Shown here piece by piece: positions 19,802 to 29,605 of a DNA stretch of 64,000 nt. The position numbers and the translations under genes were made by a program. The DNA lies in assembly GCA_963806855.1 (NCBI GenBank), contig CAWDYW010000002.1, forward strand, positions 128,001-192,000, read 5' to 3'. Source of the stretch: an uncultured Verrucomicrobiae bacterium. Its GTDB lineage: Bacteria > Chlamydiota > Chlamydiia > Chlamydiales > Rhabdochlamydiaceae. Below the pieces are notes generated by a model, which did not search any database, was not told the DNA's origin, and saw nothing but the letters and a program-made list of their open reading frames with translations. Each line of letters begins with the position of its first letter. Position 1 is the first letter of the stretch.

Positions 19802-20757
19802 TCGATGCATGGATCGGTCACCGATACCCCTGGTTGCAGGCCATCGAGTGGGTTGTGGATCAGTTGCGCCCCTGCATGGAGATTGCTCTCGAGCATCATC
19901 CCGAAAATCTGATGATTTCCCCTCTGGATCTGCTCCAAAACATCCTGGAAAGCCTTTTTTTGCTTAAAATACTGTCCTTGGGCATTGCCATGCGAGCAAT
20001 CGATCAAGATGCGCGGAGGGAGTTCCTGCTCGCGCAACATGCAGAGGGTCGTTTGGATACTCGCTTCATCGTAGTTGGGAGCCTTCGAAGAGCCCCGTAG
20101 CACCACATGCGCGTAAGGGTTGCCCCCACTTTTGGCCAGATGGAGCCTTCCCTTGGCATTGATGTGCATGAATTGATGTGGAGTCCTTGCAGCGTGGATC
20201 GCGTTGACCGCGCACTCGATATTGCCATCGACCGAATTCTTAAAACCGATCGGCATCTTCAGGTGTGAGGCGAGCTGCCTGTGGATTTGCGACGAGCTTG
20301 TCCGCGCGCCGATGCACCCCCAAGAGATTAAATCCTCGATATAAGGCGCTAAATGGGGAGTCAAAAATTCAGTCCCCGCCGGCATGCCCATCTCGGCCAA
20401 TGCGACCAAAAATGTCCGTGTCATCGTGAGCCCGCTGCCGATATCGTGCGAGCCATTCAGATGCGGATCGTGAACAAGACCAAGCCATCCCTTGCGTGTC
20501 CGCGGCTTTTCGACATAGGCCCGCATGACGATAAAACAGCTCTCTTCGACTTCCTGAGCGAGCTCTTTAAGTTGCTGAGCATAGACAAGGGCCTCTTCAA
20601 CATTGTGAATCGAGCAAGGGCCTACAATCAAGAGCAGGCGCGGATCTTGCCTGTCGATAATGCGCATGATCGTTTTTCGGCTTTCAGCAACCACCTCAGC
20701 CCCTTTTTTGCTGAGCGGTATCTTTGCGATGAGATCCTGTGGAGCTATCAATTCCAT
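19738..20757 (-). CDS. 3-deoxy-7-phosphoheptulonate (DAHP) synthase, class I-alpha (AroF/G/H-type)
   Basis: GPCSIH, EKPRT, IGART, GFKN, DCSHGN, SVTDPC. Confidence 0.95.
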   Translation of the reverse strand: MELIAPQDLIAKIPLSKKGAEVVAESRKTIMRIIDRQDPRLLLIVGPCSIHNVEEALVYAQQLKELAQEVEESCFIVMRAYVEKPRTRKGWLGLVHDPHLNGSHDIGSGLTMTRTFLVALAEMGMPAGTEFLTPHLAPYIEDLISWGCIGARTSSSQIHRQLASHLKMPIGFKNSVDGNIECAVNAIHAARTPHQFMHINAKGRLHLAKSGGNPYAHVVLRGSSKAPNYDEASIQTTLCMLREQELPPRILIDCSHGNAQGQYFKQKKAFQDVLEQIQRGNHQIFGMMLESNLHAGAQLIHNPLDGLQPGVSVTDPCIDYSTTAELISSVSMVMSSTQS

Positions 20758-20863
20758 TCGGTTAGGTTAACAGAGCAAAAATTTGAAGACAATATGCAAG
20801 ACGACAGTCTTCTCACGCACAAATTTTGCGATTTTCTACCTATATGAGTTCTAACATCCTCAT

Positions 20864-20970
20864 AAAACGTGGTGAGTTTCCACGTTTTTCCATGGAAAAA
20901 CGTGCAGATCTAACACGTTTTTCCATGGAAAAACGTGCAGATCTAACACGTTTTTCCATGCAAAAACGTG
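20864..20970. repeat. Three tandem 24-bp palindromes with a 33-bp period
   Basis: CACGTTTTTCCATGGAAAAACGTG at 20881, 20914 and 20947 (one mismatch), identical CAGATCTAA spacers. Confidence 0.9.
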
Positions 20971-21033
20971 GTTAAAAATTATAAGCGCTTGGTTATCAGT
21001 TCATTGAAAAAAAATCCATTTCTGTGGTAAAAT

Positions 21034-21744
21034 ATGCCTATGGAAATCACAGCTTCAGCCTATCAATTCATCAGTCAGCAATGGGACCGCCCGATCTCTG
21101 TAGAGAATGAGATAGCCCAGATTGGGGTCAATTTTTTACATAAGACCATGGTTGCTGTTGCCGCCTTAGTGGTGATCATTGCGACCCCCATCCTTGCTCT
21201 AATCGACCTTTGCTGTATAGGATGTAAGCAGGAGCGGACGGTGGGCCAAGTATCCATTTTAGACTTTTATCGGGGCGGACAGAATGATCGGGGTGTCACT
21301 CTCGAAGAGATCTGGCGGTGGGATGATGCCAAATTGGAGAGTCATCACGACTTCATTCAGTGGCTATTTCCGCTAAAGAAGCAGAGCAGATTTAACCCTT
21401 CTGCAGCCCTGACAGATGATACGGTGATTGCCGCTTTTAAACAGGACAAATCGCTGCAGGATAAAATGGTCCGGTCATTGGATGTGATGCTGAAGTTTTA
21501 TGGGTTTGAATGGAGCGGCGATCAAATCGTGATGGGGCCCCATTTTGCCAAGCAGGCACAGAATTGGCTTAAGTCCGGCAGTCACAATTATTTGCGCATC
21601 AGCCGCATTTTAACATCACTCCGGCTCCATGGTCTTGAGAGTTATGCTGGGGCGCTCATGCATGCGCTCGAACAGGTCAATAAGCAATATTCAAACCAGA
21701 TCGATCCTCAGACGTTTTCCATTTGGAAAGCAGCTTCCAAATAG
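21034..21744 (+). CDS. Opioid growth factor receptor (OGFr) conserved-domain protein with an N-terminal TM segment
   Basis: LESHHDFIQWLFP, SRFNP, HNYLRISRILTSL. Confidence 0.88.
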   Translation: MPMEITASAYQFISQQWDRPISVENEIAQIGVNFLHKTMVAVAALVVIIATPILALIDLCCIGCKQERTVGQVSILDFYRGGQNDRGVTLEEIWRWDDAKLESHHDFIQWLFPLKKQSRFNPSAALTDDTVIAAFKQDKSLQDKMVRSLDVMLKFYGFEWSGDQIVMGPHFAKQAQNWLKSGSHNYLRISRILTSLRLHGLESYAGALMHALEQVNKQYSNQIDPQTFSIWKAASK

Positions 21745-22809
21745 TTACGTCGGTAAAGTGTCTGGCTTCTTGTAAAAATAGTAATCATTATCTTTGTGCG
21801 GTCTTGCCCAGTTACGAAAACGATTATCAGGAACCTGTTCTTCTCCTCCAACTTGTTCTAAGATAGCTTCTATCTCGCGGTTGTATGCTTGCCGCCACTC
21901 GTACTGCTTGGTCCCTGGAGTAAAGAATTTTTCTTTCCAACCATTATGCATTTCTCGATTAGTGATTGGATAATTATCCGCAAAGTTTTGCAAAGAGGGT
22001 TTAGCAAAAGCCAAGTATGAATCGAAGTTCGATTCACAATAGTTTGGCAAATCGAAAATATTGCGGTAGGCTACAGGCAGTGCAAATGCTCCTGAAAAGA
22101 GCCATGGGGATGAGTGGAGCTTTCTATTGTCCAATCCAGGTTGTTTCATCAGGAGAACGCCCCCCTTTAAGCCGAATCGATTATTCTCTGACCACGTTTT
22201 TAAATCCTCTCTAACGGCTTTTGCAATGGCTAGAGAGTCATTCATCCATTGCTCACAGTCTGCCTCTAGTTGTTCGAGAGTATAGGGCTGCGGCTTTGGA
22301 AATGGATGAACTTGGGGGGCGAAACGAGTTCCTGACGAATAGCCTGACGAATAGGCGGCAAGATAAACAGAGTTAGTGTCTGGGAATGAATTCCAAATTT
22401 TATCCCGAATTTCGCAATGTCGCTTTTGACAATCGACGATCGCCGGATCGGTTGGAGGGGCCATTATGCCCCAAATGCTACGCTCTTTTTGCAATTGTTT
22501 TTGCAATTGGGCAAAGGCGTCGGTTCGTTCCCAAACTTTTCCCTGAATATAAGATCCGATTGAGAGCGCGCCTTTGACAGCGGTCAGTCCTAAGGCAGAC
22601 CATAAACACACCCGAAATAAGAGGGGTGAATCGCTTAGGGGTTGTTTGTAATTGTAATGGGGAAGCGTACCTAGGAAGCTTCCCGCCCAGGCTACAATCG
22701 CCCATCCAGATAACTTATTTAAGTTATTAAGGGAAAACTGCTCATTGTATTTTTTAAAATCGGGAATTGAAGAATAAACATTGTTCCACGAGTTAATAGC
22801 GTCTGTCAT
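21745..22809 (-). CDS. Tandem paralog family member 1 (hydrophobic hairpin N-terminus, putative Inc-like/effector)
   Basis: MTDAINSWNNVYSSIPDFKKY start; PYTLE.LEADCEQWMND; WKEKFF.PGTKQYEWRQ. Confidence 0.85.
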   Translation of the reverse strand: MTDAINSWNNVYSSIPDFKKYNEQFSLNNLNKLSGWAIVAWAGSFLGTLPHYNYKQPLSDSPLLFRVCLWSALGLTAVKGALSIGSYIQGKVWERTDAFAQLQKQLQKERSIWGIMAPPTDPAIVDCQKRHCEIRDKIWNSFPDTNSVYLAAYSSGYSSGTRFAPQVHPFPKPQPYTLEQLEADCEQWMNDSLAIAKAVREDLKTWSENNRFGLKGGVLLMKQPGLDNRKLHSSPWLFSGAFALPVAYRNIFDLPNYCESNFDSYLAFAKPSLQNFADNYPITNREMHNGWKEKFFTPGTKQYEWRQAYNREIEAILEQVGGEEQVPDNRFRNWARPHKDNDYYFYKKPDTLPT

Positions 22810-22820
22810 AAAAACCTCTT

Positions 22821-22859
22821 TTAGATAAATAAGTTCAATTTTTTATTTGTTTCAATCAG
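22821..22859 (-). pseudogene. Relic of the valS 3' end (copy 1)
   Basis: Encodes LIETNKKLNLFI* versus valS LIETSKKLNLF*. Confidence 0.8.
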
Positions 22860-22899
22860 TCCGCAGCCGTTTTCCATTTGGAAAGCCGCTTGCAAATAG
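22855..22899 (+). pseudogene. Relic of the OGFr gene 3' end
   Basis: Encodes ISPQPFSIWKAACK* versus IDPQTFSIWKAASK*. Confidence 0.8.
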
Positions 22900-22904
22900 T
22901 TAAA

Positions 22905-23063
22905 CCCCGACTCGCCCAAAAGTGTGGATTTGGACCGCGCCAAAGCCTCGGGGTTCAACTGTTTTTCCGAGGGTTGTATATATTCGATACTACCCTCGGA
23001 AAAACAGTTGAACCGCGAGAGCTTTCGCGTGGGTCCAAATTCACACTTTTGGGCGAGTCGGGG
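22905..23063. mobile_element. Palindromic element family A (MITE-like), full 159-bp copy
   Basis: About 32-bp terminal inverted repeats CCCCGACTCGCCCAAAAGTGTG..; inner 22-bp hairpin; TAAA/TTTA flanks. Confidence 0.9.
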
Positions 23064-23064
23064 T

Positions 23065-24054
23065 TTATGTCGGTTTACCGCCTGGCCAATTGTTAAATTT
23101 GTCATCGTTGTCTTTGTGCAATGCTCCCCATTTCTGAAAGCGCTCATCGGGGATCTTATCTATTCCACCCGTTTGGGCAAAGATCGCTTCCATTGCTTCG
23201 TTGTACTTTTGTCTCCACTCATACTGCTTTGTCCCAGTTGTGAAGAATTTTTCTTTCCAGCCTTCATGGACTTGCCGGTTTGAGGCGGGATAAGTTTTCG
23301 CAAATTCGTCTTCAGCTTTTTTCTCATCCCTTCCTTCAAATTCCGAAATACAGTCTGGAAGATCGAATATATAGCGGTAGGCTTCCGGCAGGCTGAAAAA
23401 ACCCCTGTAAAGCCATGGAAAGTTGAAGGCTGGGTCTTCCCCATTCGGAGGTTGAACTTCCAATAGATCTCCATTTGTTAAGCGACGATTGTTTAGTGTG
23501 AATCGTCCGCTTTCAGACCATTTTTTTAAATCTTCTCGAACAGCTTTTGCAATGGCAAGTGTGTCATTCATCCATTGCTCGCAATCCGCTTCTAGTTTTT
23601 CGAGAGTATAGGGCTCGGGTTTTGGCATAGGAGCTTTTGAAGGATTAACTTTAGACCTCCAGATAAAACCGGATCTAGGGAATGAATTCCAAATTTTATT
23701 CTGCATTTGTCGATGACGCTTGTGACAATCGGTGATGGTTGGATCGCTTGGTGGGACCAAAGTATTCCAAACGCTCAGTTCATTTTGTAATCTGGCAAAG
23801 GTGTCGGTTCGTTCCCAAACTTTTCCCTGAACATAAGCTCCGAGAGCGATAGATCCCTTGACTGCCGTTAGCCCAACAAATGACAATAAACAGGCCCGAT
23901 TTAGGAGGGGTTGACTGTCTTTTGATAGGATTAATCCCATCATGGGGACTAACGCCAATCCAACGAGCCTATTTAAGGAAAACTGCTCATTGTATTTTTT
24001 AAAATCGGGAATTGAAGAATAAACATTGTTCCACGAGTTAATGGCGTCTGTCAT
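23065..24054 (-). CDS. Tandem paralog family member 2
   Basis: High similarity to members 1, 3 and 4. Confidence 0.85.
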   Translation of the reverse strand: MTDAINSWNNVYSSIPDFKKYNEQFSLNRLVGLALVPMMGLILSKDSQPLLNRACLLSFVGLTAVKGSIALGAYVQGKVWERTDTFARLQNELSVWNTLVPPSDPTITDCHKRHRQMQNKIWNSFPRSGFIWRSKVNPSKAPMPKPEPYTLEKLEADCEQWMNDTLAIAKAVREDLKKWSESGRFTLNNRRLTNGDLLEVQPPNGEDPAFNFPWLYRGFFSLPEAYRYIFDLPDCISEFEGRDEKKAEDEFAKTYPASNRQVHEGWKEKFFTTGTKQYEWRQKYNEAMEAIFAQTGGIDKIPDERFQKWGALHKDNDDKFNNWPGGKPT

Positions 24055-24065
24055 AAAAACCTCTT

Positions 24066-24140
24066 TTAGATAAATAAGTTCAATTTTTTATTTGTTTCAA
24101 TCAGTCCGCTCCCCAACTCTTTCCATTTGGAAAGCAGCTA
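24066..24140. pseudogene. Fused valS 3' relic (copy 2) and degenerate OGFr 3' relic
   Basis: Identical to 22821-22864, followed by TTTCCATTTGGAAAGCAGCT. Confidence 0.75.
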
Positions 24141-25130
24141 GTTTGGTTTAGAGCCTGGCGATCTGCAAAATTGGTAATCGCCTTGAGCGTGGAGTCTTCC
24201 CCAATTAACAAAGCGCTCATCGGGGATCTTATCTATTCCACCCGTTTGGGCAAAGATCGCTTCCATTGCTTCGTTGTACTTTTGTCTCCACTCATACTGC
24301 TTTGTCCCAGGTATGAAGAATTTCTCTTTCCAGCCTTCACGGAGTTGCCGGTTTGAGGCGGGATAAGTTTTTGCAAATTTGTCCTCAGCTTCTTTGTATC
24401 CCTCTCGTTCAAATTCCGCAATACAGTCTGGCAGATTGAATATATTTCGGTAGGCTTCAGGTAATCGAAATGCTCCTTTATAAAGCCATGGACAAGAGAA
24501 GGGCTCGAATTGCCACGTGCCGGCTTGAACTACTAATAGATCCCCTCCTGAGTAGGAATTATCACCTTTTTTGAATTGTCCACTTTCAGACCATTTCTTT
24601 AAATCTTCTCGAACAGCTCTTGCAATTGCCAGTGAGTCCTTCATCCATTGCTCGCAGTCTGTTTCTAGTTTTTCCAGCGTATAGGGCTCAGGCTTTGGGA
24701 TCGGTACACCGCGAACTTCAGCTTCATTAAAAAAATTGCCATATGGGAATGAATTCCAAAGTTTGATCTGCATTTCTCTATAACGCATTGCACAATCTGT
24801 AATGGTTGGATCGGTTGGAGGAACCAAAGTACCCCAAATGTCTAGCTCTTTCTGCTCTTGTTGTAATTTGGCAAAGATGTCGGTTTGTTCGAAAACTTTC
24901 CCCTGAATATAAGCTCCAAATGCGAGGGATCCCTTGACTGCCGTTAACCCAATAACCGACCAGAAACAGGCCCGGTTTAGGAGCGATTGACTGTCTTTGG
25001 ATAGGATCAATCCCAATATGGGGCCAAGCGCCAATACAGAAAACTTATTTAAGGAAAACTGCGCATTGTATTTTTTAAAATCGGGAATTGAAGAATAAAC
25101 ATTGTTCCACGAGTTAATGGCGTCTGTCAT
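24138..25130 (-). CDS. Tandem paralog family member 3
   Basis: High similarity to members 1, 2 and 4. Confidence 0.85.
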   Translation of the reverse strand: MTDAINSWNNVYSSIPDFKKYNAQFSLNKFSVLALGPILGLILSKDSQSLLNRACFWSVIGLTAVKGSLAFGAYIQGKVFEQTDIFAKLQQEQKELDIWGTLVPPTDPTITDCAMRYREMQIKLWNSFPYGNFFNEAEVRGVPIPKPEPYTLEKLETDCEQWMKDSLAIARAVREDLKKWSESGQFKKGDNSYSGGDLLVVQAGTWQFEPFSCPWLYKGAFRLPEAYRNIFNLPDCIAEFEREGYKEAEDKFAKTYPASNRQLREGWKEKFFIPGTKQYEWRQKYNEAMEAIFAQTGGIDKIPDERFVNWGRLHAQGDYQFCRSPGSKPN

Positions 25131-25141
25131 AAAAACCTCTT

Positions 25142-25180
25142 TTAGATAAATAAGTTCAATTTTTTATTTGTTTCAATCAG
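25142..25180 (-). pseudogene. Relic of the valS 3' end (copy 3)
   Basis: Identical to 22821-22859; overlaps the stop codon of member 4. Confidence 0.8.
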
Positions 25181-26163
25181 GCCGTCGGTTTACTGCCTGG
25201 CCAATTGTTAAATGTGTAATCGCCGTCATTGTGCAATGCTCCCCATTTCTGAAAGCGCTCTTCGGGGATCTTATCTATTCCACCCGTTTGGGCAAAGATC
25301 GCGTCCATTGCTTCGTTGTACTTTTGTCTCCACTCGAACTGCTTTGTCCCAGGTATGAAGAATTTTTCTTTCCAGCCTTCATGGACTTGCCGGTTTGAGG
25401 CGGGATAAGTTTCCGCAAATTCGTCTTCAGCTTTTTTCTCACCCCCTCCTTCAAATTCCGAAATACAATCTGGAAGATCGAATATATAGCGGTAGGCTTC
25501 CGGCAGGCAGATAAAACCCCTGTTAAGCCATGGACAGGAGAAGGGTTTGAATTGCCATTGCCCATGTTGAACTTCCAATAGATCCCCATTTGTTAAGCGA
25601 CGATTGTCTAGTATGAATCGTCCGCTTTCAGACCATTTTTTTAAATCTTCTCGAACAGCTTTTGCAATGGCAAGTGTGTCATTCATCCACTGCTCGCAAT
25701 CTGCTTCTAATTTTTCGAGGGTATAGGGCTCGGGTTCTGGCATAGGAGCGGAACTCATTTGAGACCTCCGGATAAAACCGGAGCTAGGGAATGAATTCCA
25801 AATTTTCTTCTGCATTTGTTGATGACGAATTTTACAATCGGTGACTGTTGGATCGCTGGGTGGGACCAAAGTATCCCAAACGCTCAGCTCTTTTTGCAAT
25901 TGTGCAAAGGTGTCGGTTCGTTCCCAAACTTTCCCCTGAATATAAGCTCCAAATGCGATAGATCCCTTGACTGCGGTTAGCCCAAGAGCCGACCATAAAC
26001 AGACCCGGTTTAGGAGCGGTTGACTGTCTGGGGCTAAGATAAATCCCAATATGGGGCCAAGCGCCAATACAGAAAACTTATTTAAGGAAAACTGCTCATT
26101 GTATTTTTTAAAATCGGGAATTGAAGAATAAATATTGTCCCAACGGTTAATAGCGCCTGCCAT
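25177..26163 (-). CDS. Tandem paralog family member 4
   Basis: Closest to member 2 in the C-terminal two thirds; distinct 5' leader. Confidence 0.85.
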   Translation of the reverse strand: MAGAINRWDNIYSSIPDFKKYNEQFSLNKFSVLALGPILGFILAPDSQPLLNRVCLWSALGLTAVKGSIAFGAYIQGKVWERTDTFAQLQKELSVWDTLVPPSDPTVTDCKIRHQQMQKKIWNSFPSSGFIRRSQMSSAPMPEPEPYTLEKLEADCEQWMNDTLAIAKAVREDLKKWSESGRFILDNRRLTNGDLLEVQHGQWQFKPFSCPWLNRGFICLPEAYRYIFDLPDCISEFEGGGEKKAEDEFAETYPASNRQVHEGWKEKFFIPGTKQFEWRQKYNEAMDAIFAQTGGIDKIPEERFQKWGALHNDGDYTFNNWPGSKPTA

Positions 26164-26231
26164 AAATGCTCCTTTAAGTTAATTTATTGTATTATATCAG
26201 ATATTTGAGTTTAATTAAATAGTAAAAAAAT

Positions 26232-29009
26232 TTAAAATAAATTCAATTTTTTACTTGTCTCGATCAATTGGCTTTCGATCTGCTTTAGCTGATGGCGGAA
26301 CTCATCGACCAGCTCTTTGGGGGCCTTTTCGATGAATTTTTCGTTGGCGAGCTTGGTCCGCAATTGCTGCTCTTGTTGAATCAGTTTTTCTTGTTGCTTA
26401 ACCAGGCGCAGGCGCTCTTTCTCCTTCATCTCCTCGGGCAGGGGGATGATGAGTGTGAGCCCTTCGATCACGCTCGTCGCAGAGAATCCACTCGGCTCTC
26501 CCATTTCGATTTTTCCGATGCGCACGAGGGCTTTGAGCATCCCCGCATTTTGCTGGACTAAGGCGAGGGTGGGGTCCGCTTTGGGCGCTTTGAGGAGCAG
26601 GTCGGTGGTGATATTGGGGGCAAGCTGCATCTCGGCGCGGATATTGCGGACGGCGTGGACGACTCGATCCATCAGGGCGAAGGTCGCTTCAATTTCGGGG
26701 TTGATATCGGCTTCGGCAATGACGGTCGGGTAGGGGGCGACGATGCAGGCGGGTGCGGCGAGGGCCTGGAGAGTTTCGGCCAGATAGGGCTCGTGGCAGC
26801 TGCCTGAGGGGATTTTTTCCTTGAGCTGGCTGAAGAGCTCTTCGGTGACGAATGGGGCCATCGGATGGAAGAGGCGGATCAAATTGCAGAGGACGACCAA
26901 AAGGATGCGCTGTTTGTTGGCGCGTAGCTCGGGGGTGCCGGTTTTGCCGAAGAGGGTTGGCTTGACCAGTTCGAGATAGTAGGCGCAAAACTCATCCCAG
27001 AAGAAGCGGTAGGCCTCTTGCGCGACCCGATCGAAGGCGTAGTTTGCTAAATGGGTGTTGATTTCGGCGGTCACTTTGTTGAGGCGGGAGAGGATCCATT
27101 GATCTTCGAGGGAGAGGAGCTTTTGATCGATGCCATTTCCAATCGAGAGATCTTCTAGATGGAGGAAAACGAAACGGGCGCCATTCCACATCTTGTTGAT
27201 GAAGTTTTTGTATTCTTCAAAGCGGCGCAGATCGAGGTCGATTTGGCGGGCGTGGGTCGCGACCGAGCAGAGGGCGAGGCGCATCGCATCGGTTCCATAA
27301 TTCTCGATGATTTCGATCGGGTCGATGACGTTGCCTTTCGACTTGGACATCTTTTCCCATTTCGAATGCACTTCCGGCGGCAGGGGAGCCCCTAAATCAT
27401 AGGCATGCCGCTGCTTCGCGTCGACATAGGCGACGCCCCCATCTTTGTTGTAGGTCCAGTACGATTTTCCGTAGATGAGGCCATGGACAAAGGTCTCGGG
27501 GAAGGGGAGCTCGCCGGTGGCATATTCGCCCATGAGCAGCATCCGGGCTACCCAGAAAAAGAGGATGTCGTGCCCCGTGATCAAGACGCTATTGGGATAG
27601 AATTTGGCCATGTCGGGAGTTTTGTCGGGCCAGCCTAAGACGCTGAAGGGCCATAATCCAGATGAAAACCAGGTGTCGAGCACATCTTCATCTTGTCGCC
27701 AGGCAGAAGGGTTTTGCTCGACTTCGGGAGGGACGTCGACCGAGCAGATCATCTTGCCTTCATCGTTTGTCCAAATGGGGATCCGGTGCCCCCACCAAAG
27801 CTGTCGCGATATGCACCAGTCGCGCAAGTTGTCGATCCAGTGGAAGTAGGTGTTTTCCCAATCTTTGGGGATCAGCTTCACTTTGCCATCGCGGACGGCT
27901 GAAATCAGCGGCTCCTTGAAGGCGCTCATTTTGACGAACCACTGCTTGGAGAGGTAGGGCTCGATCACGGCCTTGGAGCGGTAGGAGACTCCGACCCGAT
28001 TGTGGTAGGCTTCGACTTTTTCCATGAAGCCGAGGAATTTGATTTTGTCGGTGACCTCTTTGCGCGCCTCCTCCATGGTGAGTCCAACAAACTGCCCCCC
28101 ATTTTCGTTGATCTTCCCATCGGGGGTCATGATGTTGATCATCGGCAGATTGTGCCGCAGACCCATCTCATAGTCGTTTGGGTCGTGGGCAGGAGTAATC
28201 TTGACGACCCCGGTACCAAACGTGGGATCGACATAGGAGTCAGCGATAATGGGGATCTCCCGATCGGCAAGCGGGAGCATGATCGTCTTGCCAATCAGAT
28301 GGCGATACCTTTCATCATCTGGATGGACGGCGACCGCAGTATCGCCGAGCATCGTCTCGGGCCGCGTCGTCGCCACGACCAAAAAGGCGCTTCTGTCGGT
28401 GAGCGGATAGCGCATATGCCATAGATGGGAGGCCCGATCTTCATATTCCACTTCATCATCGGCAAGCGCCGTCTGCGTGACCGGGTCCCAATTGACTAGA
28501 TAGTCGCCAAGATAGATGAGTCCCGCGTCGAACATCTTTTTAAACATCGTCCGGACAGCGCGCGCCCTGGGCTCATCCATCGTGAACGCAAGCCGATCCC
28601 AGTCGCACGAACAGCCGAGCCGCTTCAGCTGATCGAGGATCTGCCGCTGGCTCGTCTCTTTCCACTGCCAAATGAGCTCGAGAAACTCCTCTCGAGAAAA
28701 GTCTTTACGCCGCTTGCCCGTCTTGGCCATCTGGTTCCGTTCGACGACAGTCTGTGTCGCAATTCCGGCGTGGTCGGTCCCTGGCACCCAGAGCGCCTCA
28801 AACCCCTGCATCCGCTTCCATCGGATCAGCACATCCTGCAGCGTATCGACAAGAGCGTGTCCCATATGCAACACCCCGGTTACATTCGGCGGCGGGATGG
28901 AGATGCAATAGGCAGGCTTCTTCGAGTGGGCGTCAGCTTTAAAATAGCCCCCTTGCTCCCAGAATGGGTACCACTTTTGCTCGATCTCTTTAGGTTCGTA
29001 TGCGCTCAT
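26232..29009 (-). CDS. valS: Valine--tRNA ligase
   Basis: PPPNVTGVLHMGH, DWCISRQLWWGH, KMSKS, C-terminal coiled coil. Confidence 0.98.
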   Translation of the reverse strand: MSAYEPKEIEQKWYPFWEQGGYFKADAHSKKPAYCISIPPPNVTGVLHMGHALVDTLQDVLIRWKRMQGFEALWVPGTDHAGIATQTVVERNQMAKTGKRRKDFSREEFLELIWQWKETSQRQILDQLKRLGCSCDWDRLAFTMDEPRARAVRTMFKKMFDAGLIYLGDYLVNWDPVTQTALADDEVEYEDRASHLWHMRYPLTDRSAFLVVATTRPETMLGDTAVAVHPDDERYRHLIGKTIMLPLADREIPIIADSYVDPTFGTGVVKITPAHDPNDYEMGLRHNLPMINIMTPDGKINENGGQFVGLTMEEARKEVTDKIKFLGFMEKVEAYHNRVGVSYRSKAVIEPYLSKQWFVKMSAFKEPLISAVRDGKVKLIPKDWENTYFHWIDNLRDWCISRQLWWGHRIPIWTNDEGKMICSVDVPPEVEQNPSAWRQDEDVLDTWFSSGLWPFSVLGWPDKTPDMAKFYPNSVLITGHDILFFWVARMLLMGEYATGELPFPETFVHGLIYGKSYWTYNKDGGVAYVDAKQRHAYDLGAPLPPEVHSKWEKMSKSKGNVIDPIEIIENYGTDAMRLALCSVATHARQIDLDLRRFEEYKNFINKMWNGARFVFLHLEDLSIGNGIDQKLLSLEDQWILSRLNKVTAEINTHLANYAFDRVAQEAYRFFWDEFCAYYLELVKPTLFGKTGTPELRANKQRILLVVLCNLIRLFHPMAPFVTEELFSQLKEKIPSGSCHEPYLAETLQALAAPACIVAPYPTVIAEADINPEIEATFALMDRVVHAVRNIRAEMQLAPNITTDLLLKAPKADPTLALVQQNAGMLKALVRIGKIEMGEPSGFSATSVIEGLTLIIPLPEEMKEKERLRLVKQQEKLIQQEQQLRTKLANEKFIEKAPKELVDEFRHQLKQIESQLIETSKKLNLF

Positions 29010-29515
29010 TACTGTGTTGCTTGCTCTTCCGCTTTAGGCATAGGGAATCCCGAATACCATTTAGAATAGGTCGTCATGTTAGATAACAATCGGACGATGT
29101 TGTCTCGGTGCTTCTCAATATCATTAAAATATTCGACAAGGGTGTCGTTTTCGGCAAGGTTATCCATTCCGATCAGCTGGCTGGCAGATCCAATCGAGTT
29201 AATGAATGCAAATTTTGAAAAGATGTTATAATAAAGAGCCTTACCGGTCATTCCAATAGTCAGTGCAGTGTAGATGATCGTGGTCCGAAACGGCTCAAAC
29301 GAGTTTCCGGTGATAAAGTAATAGGGAACGATGACGAAAGAGAATAGGGCCCGCGCGACTAGCTCGACCACTTCGGCGACGCACAGGGCAGCGAGGAGGA
29401 TCTCGTTTTTGGTATAGTCGAGAAAATCGGCCTTCTCATCGATCACCTCGAGATCGCGCTGTGTGATGAGTTCCCATGCTTTGACTGCGAAATATGGTTC
29501 TTGGATATAGCTCAT
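29009..29515 (-). CDS. Hypothetical membrane protein
   Basis: 168-aa ORF with a bilobed hydrophobic stretch; stop overlaps the valS start. Confidence 0.7.
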   Translation of the reverse strand: MSYIQEPYFAVKAWELITQRDLEVIDEKADFLDYTKNEILLAALCVAEVVELVARALFSFVIVPYYFITGNSFEPFRTTIIYTALTIGMTGKALYYNIFSKFAFINSIGSASQLIGMDNLAENDTLVEYFNDIEKHRDNIVRLLSNMTTYSKWYSGFPMPKAEEQATQ

Positions 29516-29605
29516 AGTGAATTCCCCTCTTTGGTTGATAATTTTTTATTTCCTAGTGAGCATAGCAGAGTGCTCAATATAGAAACAAGAGAAGAGCATT
29601 AACCA

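Noticed and set aside
20881..20970. CRISPR array
   Set aside because: Spacers are only 9 bp and identical; no cas genes in the window.
22821..23283. ORFs 22821-23147, 22878-23096 and 22924-23283
   Set aside because: Read-throughs of palindrome A and gene-end relics, not independent genes.
21745..26163. Diversity-generating retroelement or integron
   Set aside because: No reverse transcriptase, integrase or attC hairpins; variation is not adenine-specific.
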